Shown: positions 1-10,104, counted from the whole stretch's first letter. The stretch: 63,908 nucleotides of DNA, filler included, from Licmophora abbreviata (GCA_900291995.1; 16 parts of 16 records of this genome joined end to end with filler, not necessarily neighbours in it), one strand, 5' to 3'. The notes: generated by a model from the sequence alone, not told the origin. Numbers and translations are program-made.

Positions 1-322
1 CAGGAGGTGGCGGAGGCCCTGGGCGACATGGGGCCGGTGATAAAGGATCGGTGACATGGGACCGGTTGCAAGGCAGGCCCGGGCCGGGTGTGCCGCATGC
101 AAGACATCTTGTTATTTTCGTTCCGAGTGCTAGGCTTTCTGTATTTGAAGCAGAATGTGCCAAGGCACGAAACTTGTAACGAATTTGGAATAGTAAACGA
201 GTTGTTTTCTTGAATGTGGCCCGCTGTCTTCCATGCTGATTTTTTCGCGGTGTGCGTGTGTGTATCAGCCCTGCAAGGCGATGGGACGACTGAAAATTTT
301 AAAATTCAGGATTAAAATCGAT

Positions 323-625
323 ATGGTAGAGTCCACCCTTCTGTCAGCCATGGCGCGCTTGCGTATCGCTTTGAGAACGCTTGAGGCAGATCTCGGGATG
401 GGGGATCTGAGTTCTGCGGAGCTTGATGCGCTGGCCGCGACGGTGCAGCTTTTGGAAGAAAAAGAGCATTTCAAGGCCGCGGATCTGGCCAATCATCCCT
501 TGCTGGATCAGATCTCGCGCGCGAGCAAATACAGGGCGATACAGTCGCTTGAAACCCGCGGATTGCTGACGGCCGTGCAGCATAAGGGCCGCAAGCGATA
601 TGTCCTGAGTGCCGGTCAGGCATGA
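323..625 (+). CDS. small winged-helix/HTH-like hypothetical protein (100 aa)
   Basis: ORF from ATG 323. The C-terminal pattern 'ISRASKYRAIQSLETRGLL..GRKRYVL' resembles an HTH recognition helix plus wing. Upstream region is AT-rich. Confidence 0.55.
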   Translation: MVESTLLSAMARLRIALRTLEADLGMGDLSSAELDALAATVQLLEEKEHFKAADLANHPLLDQISRASKYRAIQSLETRGLLTAVQHKGRKRYVLSAGQA

Positions 626-776
626 TGCGCCAGCTCTTCTGCTGATCCGTCCCGCCGGGGCGGTGGCGCCCGTTGAACGGCCTTGCGCGATGGCGTGAGG
701 CCTGTGGTCACGCGCCCCTTTTCTCTGGTGTCGGCGCCTTGTATCAGGGAAGTCCGCACAGCAGAGGACGCGTGAT

Positions 777-2966
777 TTGACCCAGACCGCAGAGCGCATC
801 GCCCGCATCATCGCCACTGAGATCAATGCCCGACCCGATCAGGTGAGCGCGACCGTCCAGCTTCTTGATGGAGGGGCGACGGTGCCTTTCGTGGCCCGCT
901 ATCGCAAGGAAGCGACCGGCGGCCTTGACGATACGCAGTTGCGGACCCTCGCGGACAGGCTGGGCTATTTGCGCGAGCTTGAGGCGCGTCGCGCGGTGAT
1001 CCTTGGGTCGATCAAGGAGCAGGGCAAGCTGACCGAGGCGCTGGAGCGCAGCATCGCCGGCGCGGACACCAAGGCCGCCCTTGAAGACATCTATCTGCCG
1101 TTCAAGCCGAAGCGCCGCACCAAGGCGATGATCGCGCGCGAAAACGGGCTTGAGCCGCTGTTGCGCGCCATCATGGAGGATCGCGCGGCCCGGCCCGACG
1201 AGCTGGCGGCGGGGTATCTGAGCGAGGCGGTGGCGGATGCCAAAGCCGCGCTGGAGGGTGCGAGGGATATCCTCGTGGAGGACTTGAGCGAAAACGCCGA
1301 TCTTCTGGGGCGCTTGCGCAGCTTCATGCAGGAGACCGCGCTGATTACCGCACGGGTCCAGCCGGGCAAGGAAGAGGCGGGGGTCAAGTTCTCGGATTAT
1401 TTCGATCACCGTGAAAAATGGGCGAGCATCCCGTCGCATCGGGCGCTGGCGATTCTGCGCGCAGCCAAGGAAGAGATCGTCACCGTCGATATCGCCCCCG
1501 ATCCGGAAACTGACGCCCCCCGCGCCATCGCCATGATCGAGGTGGCGATCGGCATACCAGGCAACGCGCCGGGGGATCAGTGGCTGCGCGAGGTGGCGGG
1601 CTGGACATGGCGGGTCAAGCTCAGTCTGACGATGTATGTCGATCTGATGGGTACGCTGCGCAAACGCGCGCATGAAGAGGCCATCGCCGTCTTCGCCCGC
1701 AACCTGCGCGATCTTCTGCTGGCGGCCCCGGCGGGGCCGCGCCCGACGCTCGGACTTGATCCCGGCATTCGCACCGGNNNNNNNNNNNNNNNNNNNNNNN
1801 NNNNNNNNNNNNNNNNNNNNNTTAATTAATTAANNNNNNNNNNNNNNNNNNNNNNNNNNNNNNNNNNNNNNNNNNNNGTGATCGTGTCCGAGGCGGGGGC
1901 CTCGGTCTATTCCGCATCGGAACTTGCGGCCGAGGAATTCCCCGATCTGGATGTGTCCCTGCGCGGGGCGGTGTCGATTGCACGGCGGCTGCAGGATCCG
2001 CTGGCCGAACTGGTGAAGATCACCCCGCAATCCATCGGCGTGGGACAATATCAGCATGATGTCGATCAGCGCCGGCTGACACAGGCGCTCGATGCGGTGG
2101 TCGAGGATGCGGTGAACGCGGTGGGCGTCGATCTGAACATGGCGTCAGCGCCGCTTCTGGCGCGGGTTGCGGGGGTCGGGCCGTCGCTTGCACAGTCCAT
2201 CGTGGCGCATCGCGATGCGCAGGGGCGGTTCGAGTCGCGCAAGGCGCTGCTCAAGGTGTCGGGGATGGGGCCGAAGGCCTTCGAGCAATGCGCGGGATTC
2301 TTGCGGCTGCGCGATGGCAGCGAGCCGCTGGATGTCACCTCGGTGCATCCGGAAGCCTATGACGTGGCCCGGCGCATCGTGCAGGCCTGTGGCCGCGACA
2401 TACGGGCGATCATGGGAGCACCCGAGGCCTTGCGCGGGTTGAATGCGGAAGATTTCGTGGATGATCGTTTCGGCCTGCCAACGGTGCGCGATATTCTGGG
2501 GGAGCTGGAAAAGCCCGGCCGGGACCCGAGGCCCGATTTCGTAACCGCCCGCTTCGCCGAGGGCATCGACGACATCAAGGATTTGCGCCCCGGCATGTCG
2601 TTGGAGGGAACGGTGACGAATGTGGCGGCGTTCGGGGCTTTCGTGGATATCGGCGTGCATCAGGATGGGCTGGTGCATGTCAGCCAGCTGGCCGACAGGT
2701 TCGTCAAGGACCCGCACGAGGTGGTCAAGGCGGGGGACGTGGTCCGGGTGCAGGTGGTTGAGGTGGATGTGGCCCGCAAGCGCATCGGACTGAGCATGCG
2801 CAAGGCCACGTCCGAGGGGCAAACACCTTCGCAGGAGAAGAAACCCACGGGCCGCAGGCCGCACAAGACGCAACCGGCCAAGACCAGCGTCACGTCCGAG
2901 CCGCGCGAGAGCGCGCAAGGGGCACTTGGCGAGGCCTTGCGCAACGCGATGCGAGGCAAGACCTGA
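777..2966 (+). CDS. tex: Tex family RNA-binding transcription accessory protein (split by linker 1778-1877)
   Basis: N-terminal '[19 protein letters not shown]', YqgF motif 'LGLDPGIRT', '[12 protein letters not shown]', HhH region and S1 domain '[26 protein letters not shown]'. Confidence 0.95.
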
Positions 2967-3199
2967 AGACCGGGCCTTCGGGGGCCGTTTCCGAATGGTG
3001 CGCCGCGCCGTGTTCCGGGGGCGGCGGCACGGCTATCTTGCGCTTGAAAGCTGGGTATCAAGCGAGGTGGTGCCGCGCCTTTGGCCTGTCTGGCCTGCCA
3101 AGTCCCAGATGACAAACGGCCGGATGGCCGGGCGTTTCAAGCGGGCAGAGCGACAGGCCGAACACTGTCTGCTTTTGTCTCGGAATTTTCGGGGGGAGG

Positions 3200-3218
3200 A
3201 GTGGCAGCCCGTAGGGGA
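3200..3218. repeat. att site (displaced copy of the tRNA-Glu 3' end)
   Basis: AGTGGCAGCCCGTAGGGGA, identical to 16474-16492. Confidence 0.93.
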
Positions 3219-3374
3219 GCCATACTGCATTGATAAGTTGCTGCGTTTTTTGAAGGAAATCCCTTCATTTCATATTGAAATACGGTTATTTATCCTTCTC
3301 TTTGTTCCGTGGCGGTCTTGACGTTTCCGCCAACATCCACAAATAAAAGGTGGGTGAATAGAGGTGTGAAAGTC

Positions 3375-4691
3375 ATGGCGGACGGAAGTCAAGGCACAGT
3401 CAGGGGCGGCGGAAAGCCTAAGGGACCGCATCAAAAGAACCGATTGAGCGCGGTCTTTGTGAAGTCCGCGCCTCCCGGTCGGCATTTCGACGGGAATGGG
3501 CTTTTCCTGCTGGTCGAGAAGAACAAGGCGCGGCGTTGGTATCAGCGGTTGACGATCCACGGTAGGCGTAGGGAGGCGGGTCTCGGTGCACCTCCCGTGG
3601 TCACGTTAGCCCACGCCAGAGAACAGGCCATTGAGAACCTTCGCTTGGCCCGTGAAGGCCGTGACCCCATTGAAGAACGCAAGGCAATCAAAGAGGCGCT
3701 TACATCGGCCAGACGCACTCCCACGTTCGCTGAGGCGGTCGAGGGGTGCATGGAAAAGAAAGCGCCGGAGTTCACCAGCGAAAAACACGAAAAGCAGTGG
3801 CGCTCGACATTGGACCGTTATGCCGTCCCAGTTATTGGCAAGCGTACGGTGGATGAAATCGACGCAAATGACATTCTCGCCATTCTCAAACCGATCTGGA
3901 TGGACAAGACCGAAACCGCCAAGCGGCTGCGCCAGCGCATAGAAGCTGTGCTCAGATGGGCCACAGTGGCTGGATATCGCAATGGGGAAAACCCCGCGCG
4001 GTGGAAAGACAATCTGGCCGAACGCCTGCCAAGCCCGAACAAGATTGCGAAAACACGGCACCAACCGGCGCTTTCACTGTCCGAGGCGTCTGTTTGGTTC
4101 GCCAAGTTGAAACAGCGCGAGGGCAACAGTGCGAGGGCGTTGGAGTTTCTTGCTCTGACCGCTGCGCGGTCGGGTGAAGTCAGGGGCATGACTTGGGCTG
4201 AGGTTGATTTGACGAATGGCCTTTGGACTGTGCCAGCATCGCGCATGAAGATGAACCGAGAGCATCGGGTTCCACTGACCGAAGGCGCGGTGGCGCTTCT
4301 GCGGGACCTGCCAAGGCACAAAACGTCTGACTTCGTTTTCTTCGCTCCGCAGGGCGGCAAATTGTCGGATATGAGCGTTTCAGCCGTGATGAAGCGGATG
4401 CACGAGGCTGAAAAGCGGGCAGGGGGCGAGGGGTTCTTGGATAGGACGAGCCAGCGCCCCGCCGTGCCGCATGGTCTGAGGTCCACATTCAGGGATTGGG
4501 TGGCCGAGCATACAAGCTATCCCGGCGAATTGGCAGAAATCGCGTTGGCGCACAAAGTCAGCAATTCGGTCGAGGCCGCCTATCGGCGCGGCGACCAGTT
4601 GGACAAGCGGCGACAGATGATGGCGGCTTGGGCCGGGTTCCTGTCAGGCGAAAGGGGCCAGATTGTGCCAGTGGAGTTTGGTCATGGGTAA
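3375..4691 (+). CDS. P4-type tyrosine integrase with N-terminal arm-binding domain
   Basis: 'DGNGLFLLV' and 'GRRREAGLG..P.VTLA.ARE' arm-binding domain. Catalytic motifs 'LTAARSGEV', 'HRVPL', 'HGLRSTFRDW', 'LAH' and 'AAYRR'. RBS GAGGTG precedes ATG 3375. Confidence 0.95.
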   Translation: MADGSQGTVRGGGKPKGPHQKNRLSAVFVKSAPPGRHFDGNGLFLLVEKNKARRWYQRLTIHGRRREAGLGAPPVVTLAHAREQAIENLRLAREGRDPIEERKAIKEALTSARRTPTFAEAVEGCMEKKAPEFTSEKHEKQWRSTLDRYAVPVIGKRTVDEIDANDILAILKPIWMDKTETAKRLRQRIEAVLRWATVAGYRNGENPARWKDNLAERLPSPNKIAKTRHQPALSLSEASVWFAKLKQREGNSARALEFLALTAARSGEVRGMTWAEVDLTNGLWTVPASRMKMNREHRVPLTEGAVALLRDLPRHKTSDFVFFAPQGGKLSDMSVSAVMKRMHEAEKRAGGEGFLDRTSQRPAVPHGLRSTFRDWVAEHTSYPGELAEIALAHKVSNSVEAAYRRGDQLDKRRQMMAAWAGFLSGERGQIVPVEFGHG

Positions 4692-5412
4692 GAGGCAGAA
4701 AATACCGAAAGAGGAACTGCGCCGTGACTTTGAAATTGCTGTCGCTCATGCTGTCAAGCGTGTGGCATTGTATAAATTTCTGCATATGGGACTGATGCCT
4801 GATGGCGACTCAATCCCTTTGCCGCTCCCTTTGGATGAAAGCGTTGGTTACCTTTCTTCAGTATTTGGCGTTCAAATTAGCCCCAATGAGATGAAGATTG
4901 ATAAAGATAGCAGCGAGGCACTCGTTGCGTTGGCGAGAGGTGGAAATCGAGCAGCATTTGACTTGGCAAAGACAATTTGTGAAATCAGGCTCAACAACCT
5001 ACTCGACTTGGACAAACATTTGTCGCGCTTTGCATCCGCCGTCTTGTCCGGCGATCTGCCGAGGCCAAAAGCCGCGAAATCAGCTTCGCGAGCGAGCGTA
5101 GCAGCTCGCAACTACCTCGTTCTAGAGTTGCTTGACGAATTGCAGGCTAAATTCCCGAGGCTACACAGAACCAGAAACGAAGGGCTAAATGATGAGACGG
5201 CGGGAATTTCTCTTTGGGACGTGGCCCGAGAGGCATTCCGATTGAACGGCATTTCTGAACAATTGAGTTTCGACGACGTTCGAAACTTGGATGTAGGCAA
5301 AATTTATCAGAAATTGCGTGAACGATATGCGATTGAGAAACGTGTACGCGAGCAGCCTATTTGCCCGACCATACGCGCAATGTTGATCCACAAAATTCTG
5401 AGCCGAGCGTGA
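4684..5412 (+). CDS. hypothetical protein (242 aa) overlapping the integrase stop
   Basis: Long ORF in lower-GC DNA; ATG 4684 overlaps the integrase end by 8 nt. No family recognised. Confidence 0.65.
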   Translation: MGKRQKIPKEELRRDFEIAVAHAVKRVALYKFLHMGLMPDGDSIPLPLPLDESVGYLSSVFGVQISPNEMKIDKDSSEALVALARGGNRAAFDLAKTICEIRLNNLLDLDKHLSRFASAVLSGDLPRPKAAKSASRASVAARNYLVLELLDELQAKFPRLHRTRNEGLNDETAGISLWDVAREAFRLNGISEQLSFDDVRNLDVGKIYQKLRERYAIEKRVREQPICPTIRAMLIHKILSRA

Positions 5413-5498
5413 GTGTAAAAACTATTTTTTTGCTACACTCTCAAGCTTGATGCCTTCGTGTTCCTGTCAGTCACCACCAACTGTTGGAGACTGAAAAG

Positions 5499-5678
5499 AT
5501 GCAGGAACAACTGATCCGCCGTCATGATGTTGAGGCCGCCACGAGCCTCAGCCGAAGCGCGATTTACGCGATGATGGATGAGGGGAAATTCCCCCGTCCG
5601 GTCCGCGTCGGCAAGCGCGCTGTCGCTTGGAAGAAATCCGAAATCGAAGAATGGATGGCAAGCCGCGAGGCCGCCTAA
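5499..5678 (+). CDS. alpA: AlpA family regulator/excisionase
   Basis: 'LIRRHDVEAATSLSRSAIYAMMDEGKFPRPVRVGKRAVAWKKSEIEEWM' matches the AlpA consensus. Confidence 0.93.
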   Translation: MQEQLIRRHDVEAATSLSRSAIYAMMDEGKFPRPVRVGKRAVAWKKSEIEEWMASREAA

Positions 5679-5787
5679 AGCAACCCCCACCCGGAGGACC
5701 GGGCGGGGTGTGCAGCGTATCAGCGTGAAATGGAAAGCACCTGATGTGTAGCCAATCTTGCCCGCCTCCGCAACAATGGAGGCTTTC

Positions 5788-6084
5788 ATGCCTAAGTCAA
5801 ATTGGGGCAAGGCGAAGTTCCTTGTCGAGCGTCAGCATGGCGCATGTTTCACTGTCGAAGCGAGAGGTCGAAACCGTTGGGCCTTGGAGTGCCTGATAGC
5901 GGCAGGGCCGAAAGGGTGCACGCCGATTGAAACACCGGGACCGCGATGGAGCGGGTATGTTCACGAGTTGCGGAAACTCGGTGTCCCGATTGAGACGGTC
6001 CGCGAACCGCACGGTGGTGACTTGGCCGGAAGTCATGCTCGGTATGTTCTACCCTGCAAAGTCAGACGGGTCGCCGAGGTGTAG
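5788..6084 (+). CDS. winged-helix domain protein typical of alphaproteobacterial mobile elements
   Basis: RBS GGAGG; motif 'WALECLIAAGPKGCTP...PRWSGYVHELRKLGVPIET..E.HGG...G.HARYVL'. Confidence 0.75.
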   Translation: MPKSNWGKAKFLVERQHGACFTVEARGRNRWALECLIAAGPKGCTPIETPGPRWSGYVHELRKLGVPIETVREPHGGDLAGSHARYVLPCKVRRVAEV

Positions 6085-6086
6085 TC

Positions 6087-6365
6087 ATGACTTGCAAGCG
6101 GGGAACCAGTCACCGAGAGCGCGACCCTGATTATCGCGATGTCGTTTATGTCAGAGGTGGATGGCGCGTTATCGTCTGCAAAGATGGTATCCAGTGGATT
6201 ATCCAGCGTCGCCACGGTCCTGAGAGCCTGCACCGGGCGTATTGGCGGGGGCAGCACTACTGCACCACCCGTGACGCTCTAGTTCGCGTCTGGTGCGGCC
6301 TCACAGGTAATCGTGGAGACTGGTTGTCCAACAACCTGCCTGAACGCATCGGAGTGAACCGATGA
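6087..6365 (+). CDS. hypothetical protein (92 aa)
   Basis: Tightly packed between the wHTH gene and prim-pol (ATGA overlap at 6362-6365); 'WRVIVCKDGIQWIIQRR'. Confidence 0.65.
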   Translation: MTCKRGTSHRERDPDYRDVVYVRGGWRVIVCKDGIQWIIQRRHGPESLHRAYWRGQHYCTTRDALVRVWCGLTGNRGDWLSNNLPERIGVNR

Positions 6366-7447
6366 GTGGGGCCGTGGAACGCAAAGCATGCGCGGAGCCG
6401 CCGTCCGGAGATATGGCGCGTCTGGACCGGGCGGGCTTTAGTCTGTTGCCCTTGGGTGGTGGTGAGGATGGAAAGTCGCCGCTGGTCAAATTCCAAGGCA
6501 AGTCACGTCTGACTTTAAGCCAAGTCCTTGGTCCGATGCACCGCAAGCAATCGCAGTGCTACGGCATCCGCCTGCAAGAAATGGCAGTCATTGACTGCGA
6601 CGTAGATTACCCTGACTTGGTGGAGCAGTTGGAGGCGCGTTTCGGCGCGTCTCCGGTTCACATCAAAACTCCGCGTGGGCGGCATCTCTACTATGGTCAC
6701 GATGGTTCAAAGCTGCCGAACCTGCGGGCTGAGGGCCTAGCAGTCGATATCAAGTCCGGGGTGAACAGCTACGTCATGGGGCCGGGTTCTGTTCGGCCCG
6801 ATGGTGGCCAGTACGTCGCTGTAAAAGGCGATTTGGCGGTAGATGCGTTGCCGATGATAAAAGTAACTTCTGTGGCTTGGGTGGCTGAAAGCCAAGCAAC
6901 GCGGCCCGGCCTCATACCTAAAGGGGAGCGGAACAAGGCGCTCTGCGACGAGGCGAGGCAAATGGTCGAATATGTCGATGACGTGGATGAATTGGCCGCT
7001 AACCTTCGAGCGATACGCGACGACCAGTGTCAGAACCCGCAAACGGTTCAGAATGATGAGATTGCGAAAATCGCGGACTGGGCGTGGGCGCTTCGACTTA
7101 AGGGCAAGCTATATCGCGGACGTGACAGCGAGTTTCCGGTCCCTCGCCCAGTGCTAGACGCATTACGGGATTACCCTACCGAGCTAGAAGCGACCGCGCT
7201 CTACTTGAGGCTTCTTGACTTGCATGGGCATAATCCGGCCCGAGAGTTTCCATTAGACCACAAGGCTATGATGGAAGCTGGTCATACGAAGTTGTCAGAG
7301 CGTAAGTTCAGGGCGGCAAGAGATACGTTGCGGAAAGTGGGTGTTCTCGAAGTCGCTCAACACTATGTCCCGAAAAAGCGCAAACAAACCTACCGGCTGA
7401 AGCGGTTTCGGGGGGAGTTACCCGATAATGTGACCGAATTGCGGTGA
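6362..7447 (+). CDS. bifunctional primase-polymerase (Prim-Pol) with PriCT-like region and C-terminal helical/wHTH-like region
   Basis: 'KSPLV', 'YGI...AVIDCD', 'KTPRGRHLYY', 'VDIKSG..SYVMGPGSVRPDGGQY', then PriCT-like 'IPKGERNKAL'. No helicase Walker A present. Confidence 0.88.
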   Translation: MSGAVERKACAEPPSGDMARLDRAGFSLLPLGGGEDGKSPLVKFQGKSRLTLSQVLGPMHRKQSQCYGIRLQEMAVIDCDVDYPDLVEQLEARFGASPVHIKTPRGRHLYYGHDGSKLPNLRAEGLAVDIKSGVNSYVMGPGSVRPDGGQYVAVKGDLAVDALPMIKVTSVAWVAESQATRPGLIPKGERNKALCDEARQMVEYVDDVDELAANLRAIRDDQCQNPQTVQNDEIAKIADWAWALRLKGKLYRGRDSEFPVPRPVLDALRDYPTELEATALYLRLLDLHGHNPAREFPLDHKAMMEAGHTKLSERKFRAARDTLRKVGVLEVAQHYVPKKRKQTYRLKRFRGELPDNVTELR

Positions 7448-7462
7448 CAAAGTTGGTCGCAA

Positions 7463-7600
7463 GGGGCTGGGGGGAGAGGGGGGGGGGAGGGTTTATTAAT
7501 TACTTATGTTCGTCAGAATTGACCAACATAAGGGAAACGGCGGCAGGTGTCAGACCTCCCCCCTCCATGTCCTGCTGACATATCGCGTGGAGCGTGTCAG
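7463..7600. other. candidate replication origin of the island
   Basis: G-tract, then AT-rich TTTATTAATTA, a 13-bp inverted repeat at 7503-7532, a complementary C-tract at 7555-7566 and recurring GTCAG/CTGAC, all directly after prim-pol. Confidence 0.4.
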
Positions 7601-7641
7601 AGTGAAATGCGCATTTGATTGATACTTTTGGAGGACTGCAC

Positions 7642-7962
7642 GTGAAACGTTTTGTTGGCACGGCGCTCGCGATTATCTCCGGCTTTGCGCTTGCTGCTTG
7701 GTTTGCCCTGTTTTTCTTTTGGTATGGCTTGCCACATGAAGGCATCAAGTACCTGTTTGGTTGGAGCGTTTTCGCCAGCATGTTTACCGCAGGAGTTTTG
7801 CTACTTATCCCCGTGATTGGCTGGCTTGCGATACTGATCTTTTCGGTGTTTGCCTTAACGAATATCTGGGGCTTTGGGCTTCTCCCGGCCATTGGCATAA
7901 TGTTCCTGTTTCCAATGGTTGCTACGGCCCTTTTTGGCATGGCTTTGCAGATGCAGGAATAG
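7642..7962 (+). CDS. small integral membrane protein (3-4 TM, 106 aa)
   Basis: RBS GGAGGA before GTG 7642; sequence almost entirely hydrophobic. Confidence 0.7.
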   Translation: MKRFVGTALAIISGFALAAWFALFFFWYGLPHEGIKYLFGWSVFASMFTAGVLLLIPVIGWLAILIFSVFALTNIWGFGLLPAIGIMFLFPMVATALFGMALQMQE

Positions 7963-7966
7963 TTGC

Positions 7967-8461
7967 TCAGGCAATCACGCTCTGCCACCGCTTCCGCCAA
8001 ACACTTCCGGGCAAAGTATCCGCTCGCCAAACCAGCGCCGCCTCATAGAGCCGCCGAGTATCCTGCGCCGCTGCATCGGGCAGGGCTTCCAACAATTCCT
8101 GCCGTTCCTTGCGGTCCATCGCCTCCCACGCCTCGCGACCTTCGTTGAACCGGTCTTGCCGCGCATAGTTGGCATGCAATTCACCCGTGAGAAATCGCTT
8201 GATATTGTGGGGGTGGTGCGGGACTTCGACCCGACCACCGTGCTTGATGCACCGTGTTGCGCCTCTCACGGCGGCACAGCGACATTTGGTGCCACGCTTG
8301 GTCGTGGCGTGGCATCGGGGGGCTTTTTGGATGGCCTTCAAGCCCATCCGGCGGCCTGCGTCCGTCAAGTTTTCCGGAGTAGGGCGACCGCGTGGACGCG
8401 GCGCGTTGCGCGCTGCCTTAGCTACTTTGTCCAAGAACCGCAGTTGTCGCTTGGTAGGCAT
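7967..8461 (-). CDS. HGGxSTG-like Cys/His motif protein
   Basis: 'RCHATTKRGTKCRCAAVRGATRCIKHGG' matches the C-x-A-x-T-x-x-G-x-x-C...C-x-x-HGG pattern, but the STG part is absent. Start uncertain (8461 or 8533). Confidence 0.7.
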   Translation of the reverse strand: MPTKRQLRFLDKVAKAARNAPRPRGRPTPENLTDAGRRMGLKAIQKAPRCHATTKRGTKCRCAAVRGATRCIKHGGRVEVPHHPHNIKRFLTGELHANYARQDRFNEGREAWEAMDRKERQELLEALPDAAAQDTRRLYEAALVWRADTLPGSVWRKRWQSVIA

Positions 8462-8916
8462 TTCGATCCGCTCTACGGTGGCCCTGCGCGATTTCGCTAG
8501 GGGTAGAATATGGGATTGAAGGCTTTGTCCCAAGGATAAACACTGAAGCCGTAAGCTTCCGGCGTCACTGTTCTGCCGCGCAAAGAGGATGGTGCATTCG
8601 GCATATCAGTAGCATTACACCGCTAGTGTTCGCATCTGAAGTCAGTTTTCCAGCCTGCATCTATTGTGCCTCCGCCGTTGTGCAAAGGTGCGAGCGTCGG
8701 CTTTGCGCAGACAGCGAAGTTTACAAGTTTGCGAACCGTGTTCGTCCTTCATGACACACTCGGCCCAGAGCTGCCGTTCATCGGTTTCGCCGACGCCGCA
8801 ATGCGGCGTCCTTAAAGTGGATCGCTCGGCATTTGCACCCAGCATGAAACCAAGCTTTCCAATACAATCGATTTCGGCTACTCAATCCACCAACCCAATC
8901 GATGGTCTATTCTTAG

Positions 8917-10104
8917 ATGCCAATAGTCTATGAAGAAGAGCTCAAGCAATTGCTTGCGGATGGCGGAATTACCGCGATCTCGATCGACACGAGCATCTTC
9001 GATCAGAAACAGCTCAACCTGAACTCGGCCGCAATGCAGGCTGCGGCGCGGCTGAAACCGCTTTCTTTCGACTACATGCTGTCGAGCACTGTCGCGAAAG
9101 AGGTCGAAAACCACCTCGAAAATGCAGCACAAGTTGCCTTGCAGAAAGCAAAGAAAGAAGTCGGGAAGGCCCTCTTTGCTTTTGATACCGAGAAACCTAC
9201 CAGAGATGCAATTCTTGACCAGATAACTGGGGGGAAATCGGCGAGTGACATCGCTAAAGAGCGTTGGGACAAATACTTGGCCGAAAGCGGCTGCAAGGTC
9301 ATTGATGATCATTCCCTGGTCGACACATCGACGTTGTTTGACGCCTACTTTTCTGGCGAACCACCCTTCGGCAGCGGAAGGAAAAAAGATGAGTTTCCAG
9401 ACGCTCTCGCATTGAACGCTCTCGAACGCGCCGCAGTGGAACGCGGCACTGGAATACTTGTCGTGTCGAAGGACGGTGACTGGCGAGCATACTGCGAAAA
9501 GTCTGAAAACCTCTACATTGTGCCAGAAATTGAGAAAGCGTTGGCGATGATACGAAACGCGCCGCCCGTCCTCAAGATGGCGGTTCACACCTGGCTGGTA
9601 GAAAATGGCGACGGTTCAGAGGACATATTTCCCAACATTGCGCTGCGCGTAGAAAATCTTGAGTTTTCAGCTTCCGCCTATCCGACGTTTGGTGAGGCAG
9701 AAGTCTTCACGTGGGCAGGCGAACTTCAGAGCATTGATTGGCCACGAGAGGATGAAATTGATGTTATCGATTTCGAGGATCGTGAGGACGAACATGCGGC
9801 TCGACTTGTCCTGAGCATGCCTTTGGAATTGGTCGTTAGAGTGATGGTGGAACTCGATTTCTCTGTTTGGGACGGCATCGACAAAGAGTCCGTTAGCATG
9901 GGCGGGCGGTGCATCGAAGTTGATGAGGGTATGACGGTTCGCACGACAATCACTGTCGACGTATACGGAATTGGGACGGATGATCAGGAGATCGTCTACC
10001 TGGACAGTGAAATTGATGATCCGAACCACGAGATTGAATTGGGTGAAGTCGATGTCTTTGAACCGGAAGACGCTTGGCACGATGACGACCAACCCGAAGA
10101 ATGA
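8917..10104 (+). CDS. PIN-domain protein (DUF4935/PIN_12-like) with acidic C-terminal domain
   Basis: 'ISIDTSIF', 'TVAKEV', 'YFSGEPPFGSGRKKDEFPDALAL' and 'LVVSKDGDW' carry the PIN acidic residues. Confidence 0.85.
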   Translation: MPIVYEEELKQLLADGGITAISIDTSIFDQKQLNLNSAAMQAAARLKPLSFDYMLSSTVAKEVENHLENAAQVALQKAKKEVGKALFAFDTEKPTRDAILDQITGGKSASDIAKERWDKYLAESGCKVIDDHSLVDTSTLFDAYFSGEPPFGSGRKKDEFPDALALNALERAAVERGTGILVVSKDGDWRAYCEKSENLYIVPEIEKALAMIRNAPPVLKMAVHTWLVENGDGSEDIFPNIALRVENLEFSASAYPTFGEAEVFTWAGELQSIDWPREDEIDVIDFEDREDEHAARLVLSMPLELVVRVMVELDFSVWDGIDKESVSMGGRCIEVDEGMTVRTTITVDVYGIGTDDQEIVYLDSEIDDPNHEIELGEVDVFEPEDAWHDDDQPEE

